A program made the translations under genes and the position numbers. This document shows positions 40,500 through 54,861 of a stretch of 64,000 bases of DNA, in pieces (the first letter of the stretch is position 1; every line of letters starts with the position of its first letter). A model generated the notes under the pieces. It searched no databases and was not told where the DNA came from. It worked only from the letters and a program-made list of their open reading frames with translations. Origin of the DNA: Octopus vulgaris (taxonomy: Eukaryota); assembly GCA_951406725.2 (NCBI GenBank), contig OX597817.1, positions 174,034,001 to 174,098,000 of the forward strand, given 5' to 3'.

Positions 40500-41500
40500 G
40501 TGAATAGTGCAGGTCTGCACTTATCCAACCTCACTACCAATATAAAGTGCCAACCTTTTTGCTAGTGCCTTAGCTAAAATTTTAAACTCTGCAATTTGCT
40601 ACATTTTGGCCCAGAAATTAATGCTGATGTTCCCTTGTTTTGGTTCTTCCTCAGTAGTGCTACCTCTCCCACTTTCACACAACTAAGAATATTCAGTCTG
40701 CTGTCATTTGTGATAGATGGGTCCAGACTGGTATGTGCTTGTAAAGCTTGTAGTATAGATCATTCAAGCAAGGTAATTTACTCCTCACATAACCACTTAC
40801 TACTGACCATAACTCAGTTGCTGTTGTTAATGTTTAGCAACAACTTATCTCTTCTACAGAGAGCCATTACAGATTGTTAGAGATGCACTGTTGTTTCCAA
40901 TCCCTCCCATGCATGCCCTGGACAGTTGAGTCAAGTACTACTGAAAAGCAACAGGTTTCTGTCTGGAATAGAGTTGCACACACCCATCCCAGTCTGTCAA
41001 AAAAATAAATAGTGGGTTTCTTGCCATATTCCATTTCTGCCATCTAAGCCCATTGATAAGCTTTATTCCTTCATGTCTAAGAGTATGTGCTTAAGTGTTG
41101 AAGAAGTGGTTGTAGGCCATTCTCACTGATAGCATATTGATCACAGTGCCTTTTCTATCTCTTTGAATCTGTTCACTAGTTTCCCCTCTGATTTATTTTC
41201 TCTGCCACTACTTCTTTACTAAGTCCTAATGAGTCTACTTTAATGATTGCCCTCTTTAGAGCAACCCCTGCCGTTGCCATTGACAATGGCTTATATAGTT
41301 GCTCTAGCTGTTTTTGTACAGAGAAATGACTTGTCTGATTTCCTGTGACCTGACTCCTGCATATGCATTGTATCTAGGCGGACCATACAGATCACAAGTT
41401 AGTGCTCTGTGTAGCTCACCAGTTTTGAAATCATGGACTCTACACTGGTTTGAGAGTAACTTCCTCCCTTCAGCCCACAAAAGAGCTCTGTAAAAATAAA
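40500..41500 (-). pseudogene. L1/Tx1-clade ORF2 fragment (linker and RT N-terminus)
   Basis: Minus strand RSKLPCLNDLYYKLYK (cf. KSPGxDGLPxEFYK), VALLRKNQNKG, AEFKILAKALAKRLA...VQTC. Confidence 0.7.
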
Positions 41501-43069
41501 AGTTTATACGCACTGCACTTCCCTTTCTAAGTGGTTAAAAACAAAACAAAACAAAAAACAAAAACAAATCTATTCTTGGCTCTACTTAAATATTAATACT
41601 GTATCAGTTGACTGACTTAGAAATTTGTTGATAGTCATAGCAGATGAGGAGATAATAGGGGAAACTGCTTTCTTTACAAAGTAAATGAGTGTTGTATCAC
41701 CTGGGGTGAAATCCATTCTTGGTATTAATAAAGTATCTCATCTGCCTCAGTGACAGTATCTGCAGTGGTGCATAGATTGTTAAAGCTCTGACAATTAGTC
41801 TAGTGCCATTCATTTGGTCTTTCTTAGAACTGAGATTCTGCTTGGACATTATAATTGAACTGACCTTTAACTTTAGCTCATGAGGAGGTAATCCTGAAGG
41901 ACTAAGTTTGTTAAAAAAATTCTGTTTTTTACATTTTGCTTGTCATCTTTGGCTTCAGTACTGTCTACACTCGTATGTTATGTAATTTCATTTGGCAAGA
42001 GGTTCAGAATCCTATTATTTAGTTATAAAGCATCATTACCTTTTTTCTCTTTATAACGTTTTCTTGTAAATGTAGCTTCTGTGATTATTACTGTCTGTCA
42101 GGGTTAGTGAATTCCCATATATATTTGTCCCAGTTTGACACCATTTCTTGCAGTATCTCATTGGTGCTTCTAATTGAACCATCATTAATATCTATACTTC
42201 TGTTTCCTTTCTGCAGCAACTATCAGTTGAATATTATATCAGCATACGATGGAGAGTCTGAGATCCTTCACATATCTTGTACAGGGATGATAATTTGATG
42301 CTTAGCAAATCAACTGCATTGCCACTTGTTTTATAGGACAGCACATTCTTACTGCGAACATTGCAATATCCTATAAATGTGTTGGACAGGTATGTTTTAC
42401 CTGAATCACCTGAGACAATCAAGGAAATAGAAGTGATATCCTGCATCATTATCATCTAGACTTTCTATAATGCCGTCAAATACGAGATGTTGCAGTTCAT
42501 TATGTGTTTTAATGTCAATATCAGCACCATTCTCCACATGAACAATTTTAATGATTTTTATCATTAAAAACTGGTGCACATTCAGGTAATCCCAAGCCAT
42601 GACAGCATAGAACATGACTAACGAGCAATTGCTGAGTATCGTGCAGTGCACTGTTGGAAGCTTTGCCTTCTACTGTGAAATACTGAATAAAATGCTGTTC
42701 AAACTGCTTGATTAGTGACAAAGTTCATTATGTTTATTTTGGGCATTCTATTTAATGGCAAGCAGTTCTTTCAGTTTGGGGAAGCATTCTAACTTTACTG
42801 CTTCTGATATATGCCACCTCTATGCATTATCATGATAGAGCAAGTTTCTGCTTTCAGCTGTTGCTGTTTTATAAGTGTTGTGAATAACACTGCCATGAGT
42901 GCAGATGTCTGCAAAGTTTTTTCTTTTTTAAATACAGCAAAGCTAATGATCTGAAATAGAATATCTGTTTCCATTGGATGTATTGCATACATTCTAAAGA
43001 TTATTTCAATTCCTCTACTTATATAACAGAGGCAAAACAAAAGCACAAGCTGAGACTTATTGGTTATTG

Positions 43070-43265
43070 CTGATGTAAGGAGCAGCCAAATTTTTCGGTG
43101 GCTGCCATCTTATGATAAATAGGGAAGAGGTAGACTACCAAACAAGGTACATTAATCAATTGCTAAGAGACCCTGAATGCACTATCCAAGAGTTTAAAAA
43201 TGCCATGAAAGTCAGAGAGAAATGGAAGACGTGTGTCAGGAAACCTGAGAAATTCTCTATCCTCT
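43070..43265 (+). pseudogene. RTE-clade LINE 3' end nested in the Helitron
   Basis: TRYINQLLRDPECTIQEFKNAMKVREKWKTCVR resembles the RTE C-terminus. Confidence 0.6.
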
Positions 43266-43641
43266 AACTAACTATCATAATCTGTTTCCATATTGTCAAA
43301 GACATAATGGTAAGGAACTTTATAGTACAGATATTCCCTAGCAATTTCATCAGTTTTAGTCTAAACCATGACATGAGAGGAGTGTTCTTGTTTTGGGCAT
43401 TTTGAAATGCCTCTCTTTCAGCACCAGTAAACTGTCTGTTGAGGTTCAAAGATGTATTGGGAGCCAAACCACAGAGGAAATGTTAAGCATTTTGCACTTG
43501 AGCAACTTTCATATAACTTCTGAAGGACTGAAACGTGGCAATTTATGTACTACCCAGATTTGTCATGGATAAAAACTTAGCATTCTTGTTATTTGTACCT
43601 ACACACAGTCGTATTCTTTACTTACACACACACACACACAC

Positions 43642-43678
<37 letters not shown>

Positions 43679-43859
43679 AATAAAATTTATAGAAAAACAA
43701 AAGACGAAGACAGGTGTATGAATAACACACAGAAGATTGTAAGGCACCTGATTTGGCTTCACCAAACATCCAGTATTCACAACTACCTCAAAGAATCCAG
43801 GGTGCCTGCCTCTGACACCTGCATGTGTCAGACCAGTGGCCACTACGGTCACCCTGCAT

Positions 43860-44560
43860 GTCACACCAGTATTCTTGCTGAACATCAGGGGCCTCGTAAC
43901 ATCCCAACAACACAAAACACAATACCTGAAAGATTTAGTGATATGTAATCAAGCAATATGCATGTCACTAACAGAAACACATCTGAACATGGATATATCA
44001 GATGCTGACATACACATACCAGGGTATGTTGTCTTTCAAACTGACAAGAGAGAAAAGACTCATGGTGGAGTGGCAATGTACATCCGGGAAGATATCAGTC
44101 TGTGGTCCTGCTGTTACACTTAAACTCAGTCTGTGACACTCTGGTGGTACACATTAAACAGATGAAAATAGTATTATGCACTATGTGTTGCCCACCAGAT
44201 GCTCCGAAATCATGGGGATTTATTTGAAGAGAGCCTCCAAGAAATGAAAGAAGTATTAACCATCCTGGATAACAGCATGCACATACATCTTTTAGGGGAT
44301 TTCGACCTCCCCTTATGTCAAGTGGCCTGAGGCCCACCTCTTCTCAGGTATGTCACTGCATGGCCTTGGGCATGCAGAATCTTGACCTCACTAACCTGCT
44401 CTTTATGGAGCAAATAGTGCTCCACCCAAGAAGGGGGAAAAAATGCCCAGGACCTCTGCTTCACAAACAACACGGCCATATCCATAATGTTAAGGTGACA
44501 CTGACGATTTTCTCAGACCATAACTTAATAGAACTAACAATGTATGGTCCACAATTTCAG
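43860..44560 (+). pseudogene. CR1/L2-type AP endonuclease domain fragment nested in the Helitron
   Basis: LLNIRGL...SLTETHL...IPGYVVF...GGVAMYIR, then FLGDFDLP, DLCFTN and IFSDHNLI across frameshifts. Confidence 0.85.
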
Positions 44561-45063
44561 TAGGATTGTAAAAAGTTTCATCTCACAATATGATGAGAAT
44601 GTGAGCATTGGGGAGTCCTTGTTTTCGAAATTCAATAGTAATGCTCTTTCATGTTGTGAAGTGATTCCTGAAATGAATATTGTGATATTACCATGCATTC
44701 AACTTGTACATCTCTATTTCTCTAGTGATTGGCAAGTTCTTTGTAGCTTTTTGATCTCAGAACTCCTCCGGTGATATCTGACATAGTTTACATTATTTGA
44801 TTTTCACCTGCAGATGGATGTCAGCTGTTGAAATAATTTTCCATCATGCCATAATAGGATTTAAATTCATTTCTACTACAGTCTATAATGTTTGGTGTTG
44901 CAACACTGTAATCTTATTTTCAAACCGTTATCTCCGATTCTTTGAGTAACTGGTAAATCTGATTGCCAGCCTGGTTCACCATATGGATAAAATAGTGTAA
45001 TATGACTTGTCAAAATTATGTTGTACATCTGGATTTTTTAAGGGATAAATGCAGAAATCTCTA

Positions 45064-45098
<35 letters not shown>

Positions 45099-47002
45099 TG
45101 TAGTACTCTGTGGCATTTTCTATGCCTTCACATAAATGTTATTTACTCTAATAATTCTATCTAGAATGGCTATAATTTCAAGGATACAAGTTATGTTAAC
45201 TTGGTGGTTAAATATAGACTCATTAGTGATTTTTAAATTGGTTTCAAATTTTGCCACAAGGACAACAATTTTTGGGGAAGCGAGGGAGCCAATTACATTG
45301 ATCCTAGTGCTCAACCAGTACTTATTTTATTGACACCAAAAGGATGAAAGGCAAAGTTGACCCTGGCAATATTTGAACTCAGAACATAAAGTCAGAAGAA
45401 ATGCTGCTAGATATTTTGTCCAGCATGGTAACAGTTCTGCCAGCTCTGTTGCGATTTTTAAATAAGCAACATAAGACTGGAACAAATTGTTTCCCATCTC
45501 TTTCTGGTGAGTGCTCATCAGAAGCGTCATGACAAATTGGTATATATATACTCTTAGATGAAGAAAGCACAGTGGCCTTGTTAAACATATTCCTATTTTC
45601 CCATCTCCCACTCCTGTTTAAACTTACTTTTAACCTTTACCCTCCAAACCCTTTTCTCTCATTTATTCTACCTCAGTTTTTCTCCCTTTCTCTCACTTTT
45701 AACCCTTGTCCAAGTTTTCTTACTTTCTCTCTCTCTTCAGATGGTTTCAAACTTCATCTCTCTCTCTCTCTCTCTCTCATGTACATATGTGTGTATATGC
45801 ATGCATCACTCCCCCTGCTGGCACTCTTAATATCTCTTCCTCTCTTCCTACTCTCAGGTGTTTAAATAAATTTAGAACTTACAAACAAGACAAATATATT
45901 AGGTCATATAGTTTGTGACTTGTAACACAAGAGTGGACATTTTCAAGCAGTAGACCAACTAGGTCAGCATATTGGTATGTATGGGTGAATATATTCATTT
46001 TACGTTTTTTTTTTTTTATGCTGGCGGCATGGGTTAGATGAGCATGTTACTGAATTTGATGGAAGTGCCAACAACACTGCTTGAATGTTGTAACTTTTGA
46101 ACAAAGAGTGGAATGCTAAATAAACACATGCACATACACACATGGCTGTATGGTTAAGAAGTTTGCTTCCCAGTCACACAGTTTTATCTGTTCAATCCCA
46201 CTACATGGAACCTTTGGCAAGTTGTCGTCGTCATCATCATCATTATCGTTTAACGTCTGTTTTCCATGCTAGCATGGGTTGGACGGTTCGACTGGGGTCT
46301 GGGAAGCCAGGAGGCTGCACCAGGCTCCAGTCTGATCTGGCAGTGTTTCTACGGCTGGATGCCCTTCCTAATGCCAACCACTCTGCGAGTGTAGTGGGTG
46401 CTTTTTACGTGCCACTGGCACAGAGGCCAGAGGAGGCTGGCAGTGGCCATGATCAGTTGGTGCTTTTTATGTGTCACTGGCACGAATGCCAGTCAAGGCG
46501 GCGCTGGCATTGGCTACATTCAGATGGTGCTTTTTACAACCCCAGGCGTACCAAAAGTCTTGTGAGTGGATTTGGTTGATGAAAACTGAAAGAAGCCTAT
46601 TGTATGTGTATAAATAAATGTTTGTGTTTATGCTTCCTTCTCTTCACATCACATGATGGTTGTAAATAAATGTCACTGTCATACAAGTGATGTTGTTCAT
46701 TTTCTGTCTTCCATGAAAAAAACATAGGGTAATATTATCTCGTTTGGCAAAAGGTGATAGGAAGGGCATCTGACTGGTGAAAATCTGCATTAAAAACTCC
46801 CATCTGACCTATGTGCACCTGGAAAAGCAGATGTTAGGATAACTATAGGCAACAAATACAGTTGTCACTAAAAGTGTTGGTGGGTGCTAGTAAACCAGCA
46901 TTGCTAGAAATAAGTCAAAACAACTCTTAACCATATGAGAGCATTTTCTGATGGCTAAGAAGGGAGACAGGCTCCCTCCCTACGATAAGAGAGATGAAGT
47001 TA

Positions 47003-47040
47003 TATCAGCGCTGATTTCAGATTTAATCAATCTTCATCAG
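47003..47040 (-). ncRNA. Hammerhead core with stems II and III; stem I not evident
   Basis: Minus strand CTGATGA-AGATT-GATTA-AATCT-GAA-ATCAG-CG-CTGAT-A. Confidence 0.45.
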
Positions 47041-47316
47041 ATTTAGTATATATGTTAGGTGCAGGAGTGGCTGTGTAGTAAGAAGTTTGCTTTCCAACCA
47101 CGTGTGTGTATTTGTGTCCGTGTGGGTCCCCACCATTGCTTGACAGCCGGTGTTGGTGTGTTTATGACCCTGTAATGTAGTAGTTCAGCAAAAGATACTG
47201 ATAGGATAAGTACCAGGCTTGAAAAGTGCTGGGGTCAATTCATTTAACTAAAATTTCTTCAAGATGGTGCCACAACATGGCCACAGTCTTATGACTGAGA
47301 AAAGTAGAAAACAGAA

Positions 47317-47357
<41 letters not shown>

Positions 47358-48129
47358 TTATAATGTCTATGCGAGTATGTATGTATATTAAAGTAGATTG
47401 ATAAATATATGTCTAAATGCACACACACAAGAATATTGAGAAGAGTTAATCAAAATAATCAATACAAAAGTTAAGAAATATCAAGTAAAGTATAATCTAG
47501 TATGGAAATTTATTCTATGACTTGTCAGTGGTGTGTTTAGTGTATCCAACAGATATTTTTTAGTGTTCTTAATAGAAAATAAAATGTAAAATTTATTTTC
47601 CTTTTGAAATCAGCTAATCTTGCAAAACAGATTTGTATCTTATAAGGATTCTTGAATAAATCTGCATTCTGGATCCTTATCTGTATGTCTGTCTGTCTCT
47701 GTGTCCACATTTAATATGCATCCACATATTTATCCTCAGTTAGTTACTCAAATGCAGGAGTCAGGGAATTTTTTTTAACCAGTCACTCCAAAATATATTT
47801 ATTTATGCCAACTTTAATTCCCTTGATTTGAAAGGAAGAAAATTATAGATTCTTTGAATTTGAAAGGATTATTGAATCTATTTATATGAATCTATTTGCA
47901 TTGGACAGATGCAGTGTTGCCAGAAGAAAAAAAATTCTGTCATAACAAAGAATATGGTTTTTTTATATAATTTTACTCATGTCTAATGAGTCCTCATTGC
48001 CCCTAAGAATTTCATTTTTACCCCAGTTTGCCAATCCCTGATTTAATGAGCTAGTGTCAGAGTAGCCATATCTGCATGATTATGTGTGTGTGTGTGTGTG
48101 TGTGTAAGATGTATAAGGGATGGTATGGG

Positions 48130-48830
48130 GATTGTTAAAGAAAGAGAATTTGGTTATTCATGGCATGGAGAGTGAAAGTTGAGAGAGGGAAGATTAATTA
48201 TTCTTCACACAGGAGAAAAAATTCCAGGAGGCTTTTGTGAAGGGCTAAGTTGAACTTGGAGAGATGTTGGGTTGAGCGATTAGCTGAGTAGAAGTGACAT
48301 GAGACAGAAGTTTCACTGCCAAGCAAGATGTAGGTAAGGTATTTAATGAAGTGGGCTTCTGTGACTGTATAGATTGAACATCCTGTTGCCCAATGTATAT
48401 AGTCACAGGCAAAGCATTGTAGGCAGTAGATGAGATCAGCAGAGGTTCAGGTAAAGGTGTCAGTCATGTGGAAGGAATAATGGAGGGGTTTGGTGGGGAT
48501 GGTTGCATTGGAGAGGAGGAGTCCAGTTTCGCTGCAGAGGTAGGAAAAGATAACTGGTCGAGTAAGTCACAAGGGTTATGGGCACAGTTAAAAGAGGGGA
48601 ACATAAATTGTTGATAATGTGGGTAATGGCAGGGTTTGGATTGGAGGGTTGGGAATTTGCAGATGATAAAATACTGGATGGGTGGAGTGCAGGGGTGGTA
48701 GGTGATAGAGAGCAGAAGGTGGTTGTGGGAAAAATGAATGGGGTGGGGGCAGTGCAGGTTCACCACGGGATTGGAAGTTTTTTTGATTTCATAATGGAGT
48801 TCCATAATGTTGTGTATCCATCACTAAATA
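48130..48830 (-). pseudogene. Penelope-like element, RT-EN linker and GIY-YIG endonuclease remnant
   Basis: Minus strand ITYHPCTPPIQ...FPTLQS, TFT*TSADLIYCLQCFAC, frameshift to IYIGQ, then VSCHFYS. Confidence 0.8.
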
Positions 48831-49329
48831 ATAATCTGTGACTGAGTATGAATTACTTGTATTATTTGGATGACTTATATGCTAAAATTAATGATGTGCA
48901 GAAATGATTACACCACCATCATCATTTTAGCATCCCCTTTTCCAAACTTGCACGGGCCAGATGGAGTTTATTTTGGCAGATTTTCTATGCCCGGATGCCC
49001 TTCCTATCACCACCACTCACCTGTTCCCAAGCAAGATTATATTTTCCCATGGTCAAGGACGTTTTTTTTTGCAAAATAACAGAAATGAATGACACTGCTT
49101 GTATAACAGTGACACTCATTTGCAACTACCATGTAATGTCAAAACAAGCAGACAAAAATACTCTCTCTAATTTGGTAGACGGAAACTAAATCCACTCACA
49201 AGTCTTTGGTTGGCTTGTGGTTATAGTGGAAAACACCAAGGTACATGCAGTGGGACTGAACCTGAAACCATATGGTTGAGATACAAACTTCATAATTACA
49301 CAGCCACACCTGCACCTATGTAAAGATGA

Positions 49330-49790
49330 GGTGTTAGTATAACTCAAGAGAAGTTTTATTTTGGGATTTGAAGTAAAGATTAGCTATATAGATTTACTTT
49401 AGATCATGGAAATATTCAATATTTCTTGAAATTATAAGAATCCATGAAAATATTTTATGTTGCAACCTACTCATCTATAAAATGTCTTGGACTTTTAAAT
49501 GAAAAGTTTGAAGTGTGTTTCGAAGATCTTGAGAATATGCAGTTCTTTGAGTGTTTCTACATTCTGTGTTGCAACAGAACATTCTGATCATAAGACTAAC
49601 TTATTAAGAGGAATTAAATGAAATGAATGTGAATCTTGAAGCAAAGAAGTATTGTTCAAATATAAAAAAAAACTCTAGTGATTTCTGCTGTATTGATGAA
49701 AACGCTGCAACCAAATATCTAAGTTTTAGGGCAACTATTGACATGTTTTTACTTTCATTTCCAACTTCCTAAATACTCAAAACTTGACAC
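49330..49790 (+). pseudogene. hAT (Charlie/Buster-like) transposase C-terminal remnant
   Basis: LNEKFEVCFEDLENM, REELNEMNVNLEAK and MFLLSFPTS* resemble the hAT dimerization region. Confidence 0.55.
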
Positions 49791-50749
49791 AGCTATATGA
49801 ATTGTTAACGAAGCAAAGAAATAGGCTTAACAGCTATGAATGAAATGACCTAAGACTCTAATCCCCAAATTTCCATCCAAATATTCATGCTATTGTTAAT
49901 GGTTATCAGGTCCGTCTGTCTCAGGAATGCAATCTTCAATTAAACATATTCTTTCTTTATTTCTTTTTATGTTTGCTGAACTAACAATGTACTCCTTTTC
50001 ATCTTACTTTTTCTTGCAATCATTCTTGTTATTTAATTTTTTATTTTTGAATAAACTCTGCCTGTAATAATTTTTTTCTTTCTAATAAATTCTAAACGAG
50101 CCAATCTTACCTGCCAATTAACTCTCCTACGATATCCAGTTTCTGTTCAGCTCTCATTAAACTAGAAATATGGAAAAAATATTTTATTTTAAAAAGTGGA
50201 GGAGTGCTTTGTGGAAGATAGCTGGCAAGCATGGAGTTAAATAGAATGTATATATTCTTTTTTTTTTGTTGCTATGGTTATGTCAATCCTTTAAGAATAT
50301 TTAGCAACCACAAAGTACAGTACTATCTACCAACTTTGCATTTATGCCATTGTCATCATTACTCTTTTCTGACCACACTTCAATTTTGAACTATGGAGGA
50401 TGTCAACATTTGTAATGTTCCGGATAAAAATAGTTTAATGACTTTTTAAAAAGTATGCTTAATTTGTATAGTTTAAAATAGATTATCGTAAATAAGAAAT
50501 TGGTTTCATGAATCTACACATTACCAATCATCTTTTGAATTTATTCCACTAAACTTTGAGATTTCCATATTATTTTACTGAATGTGAGGTTGGAGAGCTG
50601 AGGAAAGCTCTGTAAGTCTGTGACGAGGTTGATGGATTGAAAAGTTTAGGAACCATGGGTTTAACTGTTTAATGTGCCAATCATAAAATATGTCCACATT
50701 AACTCACCCTTCAACCATGAGTGAGCAAGCTATGATCAAAACTATTAAA

Positions 50750-50995
50750 ATAATGTTCCTTCTCAAGCCATGCAAGGCTCATAAGGGTCGGTTTCCCAGT
50801 TTCAGTGTCGTAGAAATTCCCCAGCTGGACGGGACGCCAGTCCATCGCAGCGTTACTCGTTTTTGCCAGCTGAGTAGACTGGAATAACGTGAAATGAAGT
50901 GTTTTGCTCAAGAACACAATGCATCACCTGGTCCAGGAACCAAAACCTTACGATCATGAGTTCAACACCCTAACCACTAAGCCACACGCCTCCAC
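50750..50995 (-). mobile_element. tRNA-derived CORE-like SINE
   Basis: Minus strand GTGGAGGCGTGTGGCTTAGTGGTTAGG head, TTGTGTTCTTGAGCAAAACACTT, CTGCGATGGACTGGCGTCCCGTCCAG. Confidence 0.7.
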
Positions 50996-51356
50996 GATCA
51001 AAAGTATTCCAACCATCCTGTTATTTTTAATGTATTCTTCAGATAGTTGGATTTGATTTAAAGGATATTTCTAGCAGGTTGAATAACCAATGTGAAATCT
51101 TGTATATTTTATTTAATGATTCTTTCTTCACTTCTTCAGCATGTATAGGGAACGCTATGTTTTACCCATGAGGTCAAAACTAGATTAAGACTTGTGTTGA
51201 CTTGTTATGTAGCAGGAAGTGAAAACAATATTACACATGGTTCCCTTTAGTTAGGGAGATAACCATCCCCTCACAGCATGAAGTGGGATTAGAAATTTGA
51301 ATTTTAAGTTAAGGATTTTATGAGATAAATTATGCATAGAATTCACATATTTAATG

Positions 51357-51401
<45 letters not shown>

Positions 51402-51950
51402 TACTTATGAAGTTCTTACAGTTTCTAGCTGGTAGTAATCCTGTACAGCACTATTTCCTTCTTTTTAGAAACCATCAGCATGACATAACCTGTAACTTAC
51501 TTATTAGACATTTTATGAAGTGAGACATTACACTAAAGATGAAATTCATGGAATGTGTTTTTATTTTACTTCACAGAATGTTTGTACTTTCAGAATTAAG
51601 AGAAAAGAGAGCACCTTCTTATTGTTTACATAAATGATAAAAGCTGTTTCCAGGAGAATTCTAGCTTGAGAAATTATCTTGTAATAACCAATAATTTTAA
51701 CATAAGCTACAAACAATTCCATAAGCCTTTTTTGCTATAAATTCTTTGAGGTGAAGACAGTTGTTTCCAGCTGCTATTTCTCACTGGTAATCCTCAGCAT
51801 ATATACTTGAATGGACTATTAATAAACACTCTATATTAGTAACTTTATATTTATTTCTAGTTTATAACATTAAATTAATAACTAAAATGAAGTAAGGAAG
51901 CAGCTGTTGTCACTCTACATCAAGTTGAACTCATGAAGCAGATTTTTTTC

Positions 51951-52060
<110 letters not shown>

Positions 52061-54861
52061 CATTAGTCCAATAGTTTATAAAACCTTTTATTTTTAAACG
52101 CTATGATAATGCATTGATGATGATGACTGTATGAATGAATAAATGAATTAATTAATTATTACTTACAAACCTGCTGTAATCAGTTAATACTTTTGGAAGA
52201 ACTTTATTTCAATATTAAGAATTGTTGCAGAAATGAAACATCTCCAGGTTTTCTCATAATGGAAGGTAAATCTTCCAGCCAAAACTTCAAAGTCACTGTC
52301 AACAACATTCTTTGTTTACAAATAATGTAAGTTGTATTCCACAAAAGTATAGAGTAACCCATCAGATTAATGTAAGATTGTTTTTATTAAAGTGAACATA
52401 AAAACAAACATATATATGAATACGCACGCACACACACACACACACCTTTTATCTTTTACTTGTTTCAATCATTAGACTGTGGCTATGCTGGGGCACAGCC
52501 TGGAAAAATTTTTAGTCAATGAATCGGCCCTAGTACTTTTTTTTTTTAAAAGCCTGGTACTTAATCTATCAGTCTCTTTTGCAAAACTGCTAAGGTATGG
52601 GGGTATAAACACACCAGCACTGGTTGTCAAGCAATGGTGGGGGACAAACAGATACAAAGACACAGACACACAACGAACTTCTTTCAGTTTCCGCCTACCA
52701 AATCCACGCACTAGGCTTTGATTAGCTCAAGGTTACAGCATGAGACACTTGGTCATGGTGTCGCACAGTGAGACCGAACCTAGAGCCATGTGGTTAGGAA
52801 GCAAGCTTTTTACCTCACAGCCACACCTGTGCCTATAAATATTTATATATATGAATGAGAAAGGTTGGGTAACAGAGATAGTTGAAACAGAATTATGTTC
52901 TCGTTGAATGCAGTGAGTTGTTAAGATATAGACTGTGACTCACGCTATTATTGCAGTAATGTTTAAATGTTGAGCCAGCTAATAGGATCAGAGTATTTGC
53001 TGTAATATCATTTAAAAGTATGTTGGAGAGACTAGAGTTAGTTGATGGCAGACAATGAAAAAATTTCCCAAGTGTGGAATGATATAGAATTACAAAGGAA
53101 AGTTTTGGGTTTTGATAAGTGTACTGAAAAGTCATGGCATTATAATATCACTCCTTAGTGAAATATGAGTTTTATGAATGCATGAGAGGCAGTTGAATTT
53201 GAGATTTGAATAAATTCTGTAAGGATAGAAGTGTGTTTGTGCACATGTATGAGTGTTTGTATATTTATATTCTTCCTTCTGCTTGTGATGCCGGAAACAC
53301 CTTGTTGACTGTAGATTTGTGTGTGTGTGTGTGTATTTTCCATTTAGTTTCCCATGCTTGCATGTGTGGGAGTTTTCATTTGTTGGTGTAGACTGTTTTT
53401 ACAGCTGGATGCTGCTTCCATCACTAACCACTCAACGATGCAGTTGGGACTGGATCATCATAAGGGTTTTATATAAGTTCTTGTTTCTCAGGCTAACTGG
53501 GGCATGTAATTCAGACGTGCCATGTACATAACCATTTACATTTATTGGCGTATTTAAAGCATGGAGAATTAAAAATCTTGGTTATAAATATTTTAACTTA
53601 CCTAGTGTGAGTGCAAGTGTAATATTTTTGAAATGGTTTTCTAAAAATTCTATATTCTCATGCAGTAAACAGTATAATCTAGTTGTTGCTTAGTCCCAGA
53701 TCACCAATAATCATACTATCTTTTTTATCAGTCATAGTGTATCTCTGACTGCAGTATCTAATGGACAGCTCTTCTTCCTTTTACTTTGGAGAAGTATAAC
53801 TTAACAGCTTTGTTATTTTTCTGTTGAAATACTCTACCTTTGTTTCAGTTAAATTTGAAAATAATGAAGAATTTAGAGAAGCAATTTTGTTATGATTAAG
53901 CTGGAATATAGTATGTAAACTAATACGAAATTTTGATGGCAGGTTTGAATTGAGATCACTTTAAAACAGGAAGTTTGTATCGGGACCATGGACAGTCTCA
54001 GGTGGGTTGGTATCAAAAAGTTTAGAGCAGGTTTTCTTAAAGTGGGTTTTGTGAAAAAATTCCAGATTTACATAAGATGTATCTTTTCATAGAACTCAAT
54101 AAAATATTTTAAATCAGTAAATGCTTTTCATCATTCTCAAAATAGTTATTTAAAAAAAAACATTTTAACATAGGTACAGCCATGGCTGTGTGGTAAGAAG
54201 CTTGCTTCCCAACCACATGGTCCCAGGTTCACTCCCACTTTGTCTTCTAGTGTGTGTGTGTGTGTGTCCGTCTGTGTCCACCATCACTTGACAACTGGTG
54301 TTTACATCCCTGTAACTTAGCAGTTTGGCAAAATAAGACCAATAGAATAAGTACCAGGCTTTAAAAAAATGCTCTGTTTTTGATTTGTTTGACTAAAAAC
54401 CCTTCAAGGTGGTACCCCAGCATGGCCTCTCCCTAAAATAACTTTTCTTTCATTTAACATTTTATTAAAATTAGTGTGTGTGTGGTGTTGTCTGTAAACT
54501 ATAAGTATGGATTCTGCAATTTTTAGAGCATTGTTTATCAGGCTTTGTACCCAAATAAGTCTGAAAATTGCTGAGATAAAAAGGAGGTATTTGGCTGTTT
54601 TTTCTAACAGATTGAGTGACAAAGTAGGGGTTTCCTTGGTGAGTCGTGTGTCACTTCTTTGAGAAGTACAATGGCAACTGTGCTTCACAAGTTAGACTAG
54701 ATTTGTACTGGAACACATCCGTTACATACACAGATGTGTCTTATACTTGCTGGGGGGGAAAAAAAACATGAATGCAATGTTTGTTGTTGTCTAAGATCCC
54801 CCCCCCACTCAAACACACTTCAAAACATTTATTTCTCTTCTTTCTTTCTTTTCTTTTTTTC

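Larger units (their letters stand above)
41640..45060 (-). mobile_element. Decayed autonomous Helitron (RepHel pseudogene) with nested insertions
   Basis: Minus strand in order: GKLFQQ (~44835), TIEFRKQGLPNAHILIIL (44639-44586, HUH Rep motif), TPLMSWFRL (~43370), FYFLDC/SGDSGKTY (Walker A, ~42435-42385), KLSPSGLPPHELKLKV (~41910-41865, Pif1). Confidence 0.9.

Noticed and set aside
40330-40500. LQCATVLSTAILR on the minus strand as the 3' end of an R4/Dong-like LINE
   Set aside because: A single short motif; insufficient to support a feature call.
43860-44560. Endonuclease as an integral Helentron domain
   Set aside because: It is on the opposite strand to RepHel, interrupts the Rep region, and has CR1/L2-like sequence.
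45741-45865. Pyrimidine tract + CAG followed by ATGGTTTCAAA, which would continue the HSF exon as YGFK
   Set aside because: It runs straight into a (CT)n microsatellite (LHLSLSLS) with no RKV or wing-region similarity; probably a chance decoy acceptor.
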